From assembly GCA_951406725.2 (NCBI GenBank), contig OX597826.1, forward strand, positions 56,544,001-56,608,000: a stretch of DNA of 64,000 nt, in the 5' to 3' direction. The stretch's first letter is position 1, and each line of letters opens with the position of its first letter. This DNA comes from Octopus vulgaris. Taxonomy: Eukaryota. The notes under the pieces are model-generated. The model saw nothing but the letters and a program-made list of their open reading frames with translations, was not told where the DNA came from and did no database searches. The translations under genes were made by a program, and so were the position numbers. Below, piece by piece: positions 38,394 to 51,061 of the stretch.

Positions 38394-38852
38394 TTCTTTT
38401 ATTGCCACATGGGCGACGGATGAAGACATTACACGGTCAAATACTCATTATAATAATAATAATAATAAATAATAATTATATCAATAATAATAATAATAAT
38501 AATTATAATAATAATAATAATGATAATTATAGTAGTAATAATAATAATAATGAAAGTAATACAATAAGTGCATTTCATTGCATGGAAAGAGTGTTTTCTT
38601 TTCTGTTTGTGTTGACTGCATGTCAGTCTGTCTGTGTGAGTGTGGTGCTGGTTGTTGGCCAAGTTTCTTTCATCTTGGTACAAATATTCCTGCAGCAGTT
38701 GTCACAGATTTGGGGGGAAAAAATAAAGGAGACAGAAGAAAGCTAGGTTCCTCTATGGGTAGAGTATGGAAGGAAAGGGGGGAAAATATATGTGTGTATG
38801 TATGTGAGTGTATGCATTTGCATATATATATATACATATATATATATGCACA

Positions 38853-38898
<46 letters not shown>

Positions 38899-39527
38899 TA
38901 TATACACATACACACACATATATATATATATGCATAATGCACATGCACTTATATATATATATACACAAACATATACACTTACATGCATATATATATACAT
39001 GCACACACACGTATACACAAACATGAGCATATATACATGTATGTATACGTGAACATGTGTGTGCATATGTATATATGCGTACATATGTGTGTGTGTATAT
39101 ATACATATACATGGCATATACATACGTGTATAAGCTTAAATGTGTGTGTATATACACACACATACACACACACATAATGAATATATAATTAAAAAAAACT
39201 CTCTCACCCCTTCACTGAAAAAAATAAAAACATTATTATCATGGTCATCGTCGTAATTTGTTAATTGTCTACACCTTCCCAATCACTGCAGCTCTGTAGG
39301 GCCTTTTCTGTGAGTGTAGGGGGGGAGTGGGAAAAGGTATAATTTCTTTTTTTTAATTAATTAAGTGATTAAATTTTCATATATATATATTTATTATTTT
39401 TTTTTTGTTTTGTTTTTAAAGAGAAGCACCTTCACTTCATTTTTATAAATGTTTCATATTTTACATTCACATATGTGCATTTAATTATGTTTTGTGTTAC
39501 GTACGCTTTTGTGTGTATGCAGGTATG

Positions 39528-39563
<36 letters not shown>

Positions 39564-40298
39564 GTACATGCGTGTATGGAACAAAAGGTGGGGGTCGGGT
39601 GTCTTAGGAGAAAGAAGGAGAACAGTCCTTTTTTATCCATATACATATAAATATACATGTAAATTTATATATACATTTAAACTTTTCAAGTTTGTTGTAT
39701 TTTTTTGGTTGATTTTTTGTTATTTTATTTTTACTATTTTCTTGGCAAGAATAGGAAGCAGTGACATACATCCATACATCATACGTCCATGCATTCATCG
39801 GTCCATCTTTTTTCTGGTTTGTTTCTTTGTTGGTTTGTTTGTTTATTTATTTATTTATTTATTTGTTGTTGTTGTTATTTTTAGTTTCATTTTTCTTTCT
39901 TTTTTTTTTAAACCAGGCATCCATCCATCCGTCCATCCGTCCATCCATCCATCCCTCCATCCAGTCGTGCATGCATCCGTCTGTGCATGCATCCATGCAG
40001 TGTCAAAGAAGTCATAAGACATGTTAAGGGAATAAAAGTTAGCAGCAACAGCGGCAGCGGCAGCAGGTGTACATTGCAGCAGCAGCAGCTTCCTTGCATG
40101 TGGGGGGATGGGGTGGAGTGGAAAGGATGGGAAAAAAAAAATTTTTTCATTTTTTCTCAGCAATTGTGGTAAGGTGTTGCATGTATGAATACATATACAT
40201 GTGTGTTTATATGTATGTACGTATGCATGTATGTATGTATTTATTATTTTGGAAAGTGCCTTTTGACACTTGTAAGAAACCAGTTCCTAAGCAGGGGA

Positions 40299-40468
40299 CT
40301 ATCGTGATAGAAGCACCCATTGGCAGACATGGATAAGTGCGAACAACAGAGTCCAAGAGCAGCGTGGAAAATCAGAACTGTTTATAAGTCCCATATTCTT
40401 AGGGCCAGTCGCATTAATTTCAGAATTCTGTTTGGTTATGCCAGGGCTCTGCTTGTCGAAGTCTGCTT
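40299..40468 (-). CDS. Ephrin terminal coding exon with GPI-anchor-type signal
   Basis: Acceptor tttttattttgtcttttacAG, phase 1. Translates to EADFDKQSPGITKQNSEINATGPKNMGLINSSDFPRCSWTLLFALIHVCQWVLLSR-stop: small residues (NSS), a spacer, then a hydrophobic tail with no cytoplasmic domain. The four exons sum to 699 nt, in frame. Confidence 0.85.
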
Positions 40469-40768
40469 CTGTAAAAGACAAAATAAAAACAAGTTATATT
40501 AATACTACAGCTACATATAGATACATATTAACACAAATCTATAAGTCTTTGTCTAGCCAATACTCACATAGAAAAACAGATGTAAAACAAACAAGGGAAT
40601 GTTAAAAACTATCCGATACACATCTACATGAATACATGCCAGAAAAGGAGTTTCAACATAGTTACTTGACCTGCTAAAAAAGTAGCTAAATTCCCATAAC
40701 ACATTGGAACAGGGTGATCCTTGATAAAATTCATGAAAATAAGATGGAGTGATCATAGCTGGGATGTT

Positions 40769-41412
40769 TTAACCCTTTAGCATACAGATTATTCTGTCAA
40801 ATGTAATGTTTATTTGTTCACATTGTTTTGAATTAATCATCTGTTATTTCATAGCTTTGAGATTTCAATGAAGTGATTACTCTCTCTCTTTTACTTGTTT
40901 CAGTCATTTGACTGCGGCCATGCTGGAGCACCACCTTTAGTCGAGCAAATCGACCCCGGGACTTATTCTTTGTAAGCCCAGTACTTATTCTATCAGCCTC
41001 TTTTGCCGAACCGCTAAGTGACGGGGACGTAAACACACCAGCATCGGTTGTCAAGCAATGCTAAAGGGACAAACACAGACACACAAACACACACATACAC
41101 ATACATACATATATATATACATATATACGACAGGCTTCTTTCAGTTTCCGTCTACCAAATCCACTCACAAGGCTTCGGTCGGCCCGAGGCTATAGCAGAA
41201 GACACTTGCCCAAGATGCCACGCAGTGGGACTGAACCCGGAACCATGTGGTTGGTTAGCAAGCTACTTACCACACAGCCACTCCTGCGCCTATTGTTTAT
41301 TTTTAGAATGACATTGTAGTCTAAGTGTAAGAGGTCAGATCTAGTCAATTTGAACATGAAACTAGTTGAATATTTGAGTAAGATAAGCCTGGTTTAAATG
41401 CTAAAGGGTTAA
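40769..41412. mobile_element. P2 MITE containing a nested full-length family A SINE (last ephrin intron)
   Basis: TTAA-CCCTTTAGCAT...ATGCTAAAGGG-TTAA; once 40880-41291 is removed, the halves align with 7264-7492. Confidence 0.8.
40880..41291 (-). mobile_element. Full-length young family A SINE
   Basis: Head aggcgcaggagtggctgtgtggtaagtagcttgct...ggttccgggttcagtcccac, internal (TA/TG)n, tail gactgaaacaagtaaaagagagag; CpGs intact. Confidence 0.88.
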
Positions 41413-41943
41413 TCATAGGCCAGCTTGATCAGAGATGCCCTAGAGCTACACAGCAACAACAACACCAACATATTTTGGGGTGATGCTGTGAAGAACCACA
41501 ACTGATGGTGTTGACAGGAAGCCATCCAACTAGCTGAAAGGTCATTAGTTTGTATGTGTCATTAACTGCACAGTGTATCTGAGGTGACAGACATTAAATA
41601 TGAATGGCTCAGTTCACATAGCTGTAAATAGATACCAGATGTGGCACTGCTTAATTTGACGAGTGTCTCTCACCAGTTTATTATAATGACGTGTTTAAAT
41701 TATTGGCCCATAGAATGAGGCAACGAGGGAGGAACAACAGCTTCTGGTATATCTCACCCTCTCTTGGAAATACTTCTAACCCAAGACAAAATCTTGAGTT
41801 TAAAAATATACTCCACTGAACTGATTTTATAGTAAACATCCCAAATACCAGCAACCATAAGGATTTAGGATGTTGTTATTGTGAATTTTCTATTTATAAG
41901 AAATATTTTTAAATACAATTATTATGTAAATGAAGTGGCTACA

Positions 41944-41998
<55 letters not shown>

Positions 41999-42703
41999 TA
42001 AGAAACAGAGATACAATAGAAGGAATACAACTTAACTAACTACTAAAAGTAGAGTAGACAATTTGGGTGAGGAAAAATGACATTTTAAAATTAACTAAAA
42101 GCATTTTCAAAATGGCAGAAGGGGCTGTAAACAAACTAATGCATTGCAGCAGTTTTCTTAACTTTATGGCAATTTTCAAAAGTGCTGTTAGCTTGGATTT
42201 TCTGTTATTCTTGAAACTGTTATTTCAGAAATTATCTGTATAAAATTAGCTAAATAGATTCTTTTGGAAGAACAACTTTTGAGAGCCATTCTGGCAAAAA
42301 AATATTTGGTTTCTTTAATTTGTCTCTGTAATTGTTCCACATTGAATGACTAACAACACCTACCTAAAAGTTTTTGATAAACATACTCTACAATGATTAC
42401 TTTCAAAGGTTTAAGAAAAGAAGTTTTCTACTCTTGATACCAACAGCTTGGAAGATATGGCTTTGGCAAATCTATTATCTTCCAGTTTAACTCTGTGGAG
42501 ACAAACTGCTGATGTTTCTATACTAACAAAAATAAAAAAAAAAAAGCTATTTTATTTTTCTGAATTCCCAAACTCTCAACAGATTGTTTCATAATCTACT
42601 AAGTTAACTGTCAATAGTTCTGGGAGGAAACATAGATGATAGATGAAAAATAATAAAAATAACAATACAAAGTAAAAAAAAAAAAGTATGTAGACATACT
42701 CAC

Positions 42704-42904
42704 CAATGATTTTTGTGTCATAGCTATGAATTGTTTTCCTGTAGACAGTGGTTGTACTAATAGGAAGTTTCGTTGTGGTGGTGGTGGTGGAAATAATCGG
42801 TGTGGTGGTCGTCTTTATTCTCCTCAGAGTTGAAGTAGTTCGCTTTGTATAACTCACCGGCATCACTGAAGAGTAGAGAGAGGACAAGGGGTAATTTCTG
42901 ATGA
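42704..42904 (-). CDS. Ephrin exon: Ser/Thr-rich mucin-like stalk (acceptor may instead be at 42865)
   Basis: Acceptor ttttctttgcctcatcAG, donor GTGAGT; 201 nt, phase 1/1, open frame VIRNYPLSSLYSSVMPVSYTKRTTSTLRRIKTTTTPIISTTTTTTKLPISTTTVYRKTIHSYDTKII (part of ORF 42576..43037). Confidence 0.8.
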
Positions 42905-43528
42905 CTGATGAGGCAAAGAAAACAATATTTGTTATTATTACTATTATTACAATTACTACAACTATAAGGCAGTGGATTGGCAGAATTATTAAAGCATCTT
43001 GCAGTATTTCTTTTGGCTCTTTACACTCTGGTTTCAACTCCTGCTGAGGTCAATTTTGATTTTCACCCCTCTTTTATGGGGAGAAGGAGGCAATAAATTA
43101 AAGTACCAGTAAAGTACTGAGCTCAATATAATCGACTAACTGCTCTTCTCAAAACCATCGGCTAAGCCAAATCCGGAACCATTATCATAGGATAATGGAT
43201 GAGCAGAATCATGAAAGCATTGGCCAAAATGCCATGCAGTATTTCTTCTGGGCTTTTTATGTTCTGAGCTGAGGTCAACTTGGACCTTTGGAGCCTTTAG
43301 TGGAAACCACTTTGTTGCAAACTTTGAGGTCGGGTTTCCAACCTGTGGATATAAAGAGCTTTTCCCATTATCCCTCAAAGCAGGCCATTACCGTCACAGC
43401 TCTTCTTCTAAGCAATAAAAAAGAAAAAAAAATCCCATTTTTTTCTTCTCTGCATATATCTGAAACTCCTTTAAAGTTGTCTGTATGTGAATTTAATATT
43501 TACAGAATATCTCAAGATAGAAACTCAC

Positions 43529-43684
43529 CTGTTGTATGTCTCCTCGAAGATTTCGTATGGGTTTTGCCTCCTGGAGATGCCGTAGTAGAAGAGCAGCAGA
43601 TGTCCAGTTTCAAACGCATTCCTTTGTGTTTGCATGCACCACCCCACTGATTGTCGAGGCCGCTATATGTACCTTCAGATGTTG
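43529..43684 (-). CDS. Ephrin exon: end of receptor-binding domain and start of stalk
   Basis: Acceptor ttttcgtttcttcttcAG, donor GTGAGT; 156 nt, phase 1/1. Translates to TTSEGTYSGLDNQWGGACKHKGMRLKLDICCSSTTASPGGKTHTKSSRRHTT, resembling the ephrin-B segment STSNGSLEGLDNQEGGVC and ending the domain in CC as protostome ephrins do. Confidence 0.93.
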
Positions 43685-43862
43685 CTGAAGAAGAAACGAA
43701 AATGGTTTAGGTTGTGCTTAGCAGCAAAATGTTATAGCCACATGGATCTACAGCTAAAAAATGCTTCACTGAACCTATTCCAGAAAGATAAATACTTTTT
43801 GCTGCAATTTAGTACCAACATAATGTAGAGCATACTATTGCAAAGAGTGTCTGCATTGAATA

Positions 43863-44076
43863 TTAACCCTTTAGTATTTAAACCAGCCATATCCGGCCCA
43901 AATAGTTGGTTAGTTTTATGGTCAAGCTAATTGGTTCTGTCCTCTCACACCTACCCTAAATATCATTCTAAAATTAAACAAGTCTTGAAGTTACAAGATA
44001 ATGGAAGATTAATTCAGAACAATGTCAATGAATAAACATTACATTTGACAGAGTTATCTGAGTGCTAAAGGGTCAA
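43863..44076. mobile_element. P2 MITE
   Basis: TTAA-CCCTTTAG...CTAAAGGG-tcaa; reverse orientation relative to 7264-7492. Confidence 0.72.
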
Positions 44077-46452
44077 TAAATTTCTTCCTCAAAAGAACCA
44101 AGTTTGGTTTGTTTGTTTTTTTTTTTTAGAAAATATGGGATATACATATATCAGTCATGGGCATTAACTTTAATATTTTACAGGAACTTATTTTATAGAC
44201 CCTAGAATGAAGGCTTGTTAAAATCAATCTGAGCAATATTTAAACTTAGGATGCAAAAGCACAGATTAAAAAATCCTGAATGTAATTCTGAATCCAAGTC
44301 CCACATTGAAGTTGGTGCGTATCTACAATTCTCCCCATGAGATTTTCAAATTCCTATATTTATCAGATCTCTGAAACCTTCAATGGTCATAATAAATAAA
44401 TAGATATTGCATCAGTTTTGACAAAGTGTATTATAAAGACACTTTATAGCCATATACAATCCTAGGACAGAATTGACTTGATAGTGTGTCACGAGACAAG
44501 CCCTTTGAACACAGTTTATCTTGTACTATGGCACAAATAGTAAGAGTCTTTCACAGACACTTGTAACCCTATGAAATCCTCTAGTAAAGTCAATACTACA
44601 CAGAGGATGGCAAGACTGGCCATATTCACATTGCTGATTTAAACCATCTCACAAGTTTCTACAGTTTCCATCTACTCAGTGTCACTTGCAAATCTTAAGA
44701 AATCATGATATGGTAAATCTATGGTAAATGATACTAGCCCAAGACACTGTGTAGTAGGATTGAACTCGAGATGTAATAAGTGCAAAATAAAGAGCTTAAC
44801 CATGTCAGCCAAGCTGATACCCATGGAAACTGAAAGAAGCCCGTTTTATATATATGTATATTTATATATATCTCTGAGTGAATTTGGTACAGTGAAATTG
44901 AGTGGAAGACCATCATATATATTTGTGTGTGTGTGTGGTTTGCTCTCACCACTGCTTGACAACCAGTGCTGGTTTGTTTACAAGACCAGAATTTAGGGGT
45001 TTGGCAAAAATAGCCGATAAAATGAGCACCAGACTTTAAATAAAGAACTGGGGTTGATTTATCTGATTAAAGCTTGTAAGGTGGTGCTCCAGCAATGCTA
45101 CTACAATCCAATGACTGAAACAAGTAAAAGATGAAAAAAAACATAGAAAAGAAAAAAAGATCAACTAAATTCCATGTATGAAACTTGAGTTAACCTGAAA
45201 TTACGGAAGACAACATCTAAGAAGACCTTATGATCGTAAAGTGAACTTCTTAACTATTCAGCAAGCAGTGTCTTTGTCCATATCTAGTAGTAAAGCAGTA
45301 GAAAGCAACAAAATCAGAGCACTGCAAAGACAGGATCTACACCAATGACACTTTATACCATAATTGAATTGAAAATATTTAAAACTCCACTCCTTCATGC
45401 TGCTAGTTTTTATTATGGCCTAACTTAATTCCTTCGACATTTTTTTGTCTACAATTAACTGTAAGGACATGTAAGAACTTCTAGGTGACAAAATCAATAA
45501 AACTTAATTATCTCTCCTCAACACACACACACATATCTATATATATAAATAATATTCTTTGACTGCTAATAATTGGTACCAGGTGGGAGGAACAGATTGT
45601 TGCTATATTAGGGTGGATTGAAGGTAATCAAAATAGTAAGTACAACATTTATCACTCTGGTAATTTCTTTGAAGAATGAAGTCACAGCCATTTAAAATAA
45701 AAACTTAAAATCAAAAAAATATATACAGTAAAAACAAATAGAAAAAGAAAATATACAGAAAGCACCAATCAAAGTCACACCAGCTCCTGCTTTGACAGGG
45801 ATGAGGTAGAGAATCTAAAAGTAGAAACTGTACTTTTTCTATCTGATGTTTATACACTTTTTACTGATTCTGTATCTGCACACAAATCTAATAAAGACAT
45901 TGACTATGTGTGATATGGGCTTCATTATTAATTTACTACATACATTTCTCTTCATTACGAAGGACCTTAAACAACCCAACCATAAATTCAGTGATAATTT
46001 TGTCACTCGAAATTCTTTCCCTCTTTGTTGTTGTAGCTGTAGTTGTTGGGTTTTATTTTTCTGTTTGTTGCCTTATGTTGCTGAGTATTTTTTTTTTGTT
46101 TTTCTTTTTCCTTTTTGTAACGAATTTAAGCAAATTTAAGATTGGCAAATTAAGGCTAGAAATTACTAGGAATCAAACTGATGCTTCAATAATAAAACAA
46201 ATGAAATTACACGAGCTTGTAAAAAGCAACAATAACAATAGCAACAGCAGCAGCAACAACAAGAACATTTAACAAAACTGACAAGACCCATATTTATGTT
46301 GCTAATGAATAATTTATGTTTGTAGCAGTGTTCCTCGTTATTCTTTTTTTTTTCTTCTACCACAAAAGTATTCACTAAGAAATGTTGATATGGCTCAATA
46401 AATATTTTATATCGTATTTTTTTTTCCTTTTTTGGTTGAGGTTTTTACTTAC

Positions 46453-46624
46453 TGACAATGTAGTAACTCTTGCCAGCTTCAAAGTCTGGAACAAAGGGAA
46501 ATGGCTGGAACTCGCGTACATGAAGCGTGAATAATGTTGTGTCGTTGGACTTTAAGCACCTCAGTAACCGAATTGCATTTTTGGGATCATAAATTACGCA
46601 TTCCTCATATTCAGTTTTTGATAC
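46453..46624 (-). CDS. Ephrin, first coding exon in the window (core of the receptor-binding domain); upstream exons not in window
   Basis: Acceptor ttttctcatttctcttaacAG, donor GTAAGT; 172 nt, phase 0 in and phase 1 out. Translates to VSKTEYEECVIYDPKNAIRLLRCLKSNDTTLFTLHVREFQPFPFVPDFEAGKSYYIV, matching the ephrin-domain pattern (V-x3-Y-x2-C...LL-x-C...FT...F-x-P...F-x2-G-x2-YY). Confidence 0.93.
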
Positions 46625-47034
46625 CTGTTAAGAGAAATGAGAAAAGAGAGAGAAAAAAAACACACATTATTCTTGGTATTATTATTATTGTTATTGAAAG
46701 AAATGAATTGATAACTTTACACAGCCTTAAATTGGTTAGAATTGGAAAACAAAGTTTTCAGTTCTTTTCACGAGAAAGAGAATCATTGACAATAGCTTCT
46801 AATAACAAACATCTATTAAACTGCCTTTCATTTGGCCAATTTTTGCTAAAAACATAACAAAATCAAACAATGAAAATAATAGATTAATAGAAAATTATTA
46901 TTAAAAAAGCACACACACATACACACGCAAACAACAAAATAAAACAACAAACAAAACCAACAGACAAAAAAGGAATGTGAAGAAACATTATTGCCAAAAA
47001 GAAAAACACAACACCATTCATTTATTATCATTGG

Positions 47035-47074
<40 letters not shown>

Positions 47075-47611
47075 TGTGAAGTGCCATCAGAAACTGAGTA
47101 AATTATTGTTTGTACTAAATTAACACTTCAGAAAACTTCCACAGAAACTACAACAAATAAATAAAGGAAGAGAAAACAATATTTAATAAAAGAAGAAGAA
47201 GAAGAAAAGAAGAAAGAAAAGAAAAGAGTCGAAGCTATATATTTTCAAAGTCTTTTGTTTGAAACAATAACTACAGCAATTTGTTTATTTATCTAGACTA
47301 TTTTTGCATCTGCCACTGCAACTACTGCAATCGTCAAGCAATGCTGATGGCGTTGGTGGTGGGTGGTGATGCTGGTATACTGTTGTTGTTTCTACAGTCT
47401 TATGTCAAAATGCAAAATTGGTTTTCACATGTTGAATGGTGTTAAGTCTGTTTAGAATTAGTACTGTATTGTTTCATTGCACAAACACACACACACACAC
47501 ACTACACACACATTATTCTGTGTGTATAGATACATATATACAAATAGGTATTTACCTATGAACACAAATGATTTCTCTCCTCTCTCTGCATGGATGAGTG
47601 TATGAATGGGT

Positions 47612-47654
<43 letters not shown>

Positions 47655-47802
47655 CTCTCACTCTCTCACAAATTGGAAAGTGAGAAAAGCAATCAAAATT
47701 ATTACCAAAAATATAATTCTTCCAAATATCAACAAGAAATTTTTAGTAGATTTTATGTAGAAAATAACATATTCTGTGAGAGAAAGTCCAGTTCCAGACA
47801 AT

Positions 47803-47922
<120 letters not shown>

Positions 47923-47939
47923 ATATATGTATATATATG

Positions 47940-47983
<44 letters not shown>

Positions 47984-48489
47984 CACACACATAAATATAC
48001 TCAGATGCATAATACATACATGCATATATATATATACGCAAGAAGGTTAGAGCATATGATTCTGATACAATTGTATTGGAAACAGAAAGTATGAACAGAG
48101 CAATATACATACATATACATGCACACACACACACACACACACACAAAATGTGCAGACATGACTGTGTGGCTAAGAAGTTTGCTTCTCAATTAAATGATTT
48201 CAGGTTCAGTCCCACTGTGTGGCACCTTGAGCGAGAGACAGGAAGGGTATCCAGCTGTGGGAAACAATGCTGCAATAACATATTCATCAAACCCATGCCA
48301 GCATGGACAAATGGATGAAAAGTATATGAGTGATACTGGAACAATGAAACGCAAACAGCAGCCTCAGCAGGATTTGAACTAAGAGCATCATGGGATAACC
48401 AAATACTGAAAGGCATTATGTCCGCCACTTTACTACTTCACATATGCACAGCTTTATCATTAGATGATGGTGATGATAATCATCATCAA

Positions 48490-48752
48490 TAATAATAATA
48501 ATGATAATAATGATAATAATAATAATAACGGTCTTAAATTTAGCCACAAGGGCAGCAATTTTGGAGGAGGGGACGAGTTGATTACATCGACTTCAGTGTT
48601 TCACTGGTACTTAATTTCTCGACCCTGAAGGGATGAAAGGCAAAGTGAACCTTGGCAGAACATGAACTCAGAATATAGTGATGGGCGAAATACCGCTAAG
48701 CATTTTGTCCGTGTGCTAATGATTCTTATTATTATTGTTATTGCTATTATTC

Positions 48753-48786
<34 letters not shown>

Positions 48787-49330
48787 GCAATAATAATAAT
48801 AATGATTTCAAATTTTAGCACAAGGCCAGTAATTCAAGGGAAGAGGACTAGCTGATTACATTGAACCCAGTGTTCTTACTTATTTTACTGATCCTGAAAG
48901 GATGAACAGCAAAGTCAACATCAGCAGAATTTGAACTCAGAATGTAGCGATGGACGAAATTTTACTAAACATTTTGCCAGCTCACAGCCTTAATAATAAT
49001 AATAATAATAATAATTATTATTATTATTATTATTATTATCATCATTATCATTATTATTATAATATTGGTTTCAAATTTTGGCATAAAGCTAGCAATGGTA
49101 CTTAATCTTATCAACCCTAAAGGAATGAAGGGTAAAGTTGACCCTGGCAAGCTAGGAGAAACACTGCAGGACATTTTTTTAATGTTCTTATGATTCTAAC
49201 CAATCAAACACATTGAAAATAATAATAACATTAAATTCCAATTTAAGCAAAGGGTCACATATTTAGAGTTAGGAAAAAGTAGTAATTGAATGGTACATTG
49301 TTTTATAGGCCCCAGTATTTTATTGACCTG
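48490..49330 (-). mobile_element. Tandem family D SINEs separated by (AAT)n/(ATT)n tracts
   Basis: Copies at ~48528-48725, 48800-48990 and 49065-49150. Confidence 0.72.
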
Positions 49331-49754
49331 ATTGAAATCGATCAACATCAATGGAAATTATAGCTGTGATACCAGTGCCGGTGGCACATAAGAGAACCAT
49401 CCAAATGTGGCCGTTACCAGCACCACCCCGACTGGCCTCCGTGCCAGTGGCACATAAAATGCACCATCTGATTGTGGCCGTTGCCAGTCTTGTCTGGCCT
49501 CCGTGCCGGTGGCACATAAAAAGCACCATCCGATCGTGGTCGTTTGCCAGCCTTGTCTGGCACCTGTGCAGGTGGAATGTAAAAAGCACCCACTACACTC
49601 ACGAAGTGGTTGGCGTTAGGAAGGGCATCCAGCTGTAGAAACACTGCCAGATCAGACTGGGCCTGGCGCAGCCTACTAGCTTCCTAGACCCCCAGTTGAA
49701 CCGTCCAACCCATGCTAGCATGGAAAACGGACGTTAAACGATGATGATGATGAT
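49331..49754 (+). mobile_element. RTE 3' UTR with 4 tandem units and (GAT)n tail
   Basis: Collinear with ~1820-2242; unit spacing is 66/62/63 bp in both copies. Confidence 0.8.
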
Positions 49755-50545
49755 AGGTACTTAATTGTTTCAGCTTTGGAAGACTGAATTCTGAAGTTTA
49801 CCTTGGTGGGAATTGAACTTAAAAGATAAAAAAGGGCTGTTGATATACACCACAAGCTATTTTGTCTGATGCTCCGCCAATTCTATAAATGATTAATAAC
49901 AATAATTCCTGAAACAGTCATGTGGTGTCGACAATGTTGTCGTTGCTGTTGTCCTCTTTTTCATCATCATACTACTGTTGTAGTATGTTACTAATACAAG
50001 TGAAGGAATACAGACAACAGTTACAGTGTATTACTGGTACTTGGAAGGAAGGAATATAAAACAACAGAATCAACAGTTGTATTAAATTGCTGCTACTTAT
50101 TTTACCAACCACAAAATAGTGAAAAACAAGGTAAATTGTAACGGAATTTGAACTTACAAAAGAAATAAAATTAATACTGCCAAATTTTTTAATGCAATTC
50201 TGTACCATTCCATGGAAATTTTTACCCCTGCCTGCTGTTGCTGCTACCATAGCCAGGCTGGTGTCTGACAATTCCATTTCAATTGTGTGTGGATTTCCAG
50301 ATTTTGTATTTGCCCATTGCCACTATCATAACCATTTTATAGGTCATTGGGTCAGCAACAAAGATGGTGTTTGGAGAGTTAAGTCCACCTGGCTGAAGTT
50401 ATTTACTTCTGGATTATTGTTGTTTATAGATCTTAGTCAGTCACGAGAGGGAGCAGACCTATGGATGAAGATGTTCCAAATGTTTACCACCCTAGCTTTT
50501 AGTATACAAATGACTACACTATCCAGAGTTTTTTTTATCTTTATA

Positions 50546-51061
50546 CTAGCAGTATCGCCCGGCGTTGCTCGGATTTGTAAGGGAAATAACTATATAAGCA
50601 TTTTTAGAGAGTTACTTCCCTTATAGATGCCAATTCGGGCTTTCTTAGCCATTTCTGTTTTGGTGTCTTCAAGCCATGAAGTCGTTGTTCTAAAAGAACG
50701 CTGGTCTCCTTGACAACGCTTTACGACGTTGATTTCCTTACACTCCCTTCCCCACAGCTTTACGAGAGAGGGAAGAAGGGGGAGAAGCAAACAGGTGCAG
50801 GTGTGACCATGGACGCCAACTCCACCGCCATCGACACACGAAAAATTATGCATTAAAATGGAATAAAAAATGATGTTAAATTATTTTTAAAATCGTAGAC
50901 TCGTTGTAGATGCGCGCTAATACTCAGATGGGCTCGATATGAATCACGACTATAAGATACCCGAATTTGGTTAAACTGCACCGCAAAATGTGGGAGTAGT
51001 TAGGAATCTAAATCGAAGGGGACAGACACTCACACAACTACAGTTTTATTATATATATAGA
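50546..51061 (-). mobile_element. Non-autonomous Helitron
   Basis: On the minus strand it starts A|TCtatatatataataaaactg and ends ccgagcaacgccgggcgatactgCTAG|T: 5' TC, subterminal GC-rich hairpin, 3' CTAG, A-T target, no TSD; CpG-rich. Confidence 0.85.

Noticed and set aside
48991-49065. (AAT)n flipping to (ATT)n, forming a palindrome
   Set aside because: Low-complexity tract between adjacent SINE copies, so the symmetry is trivial.
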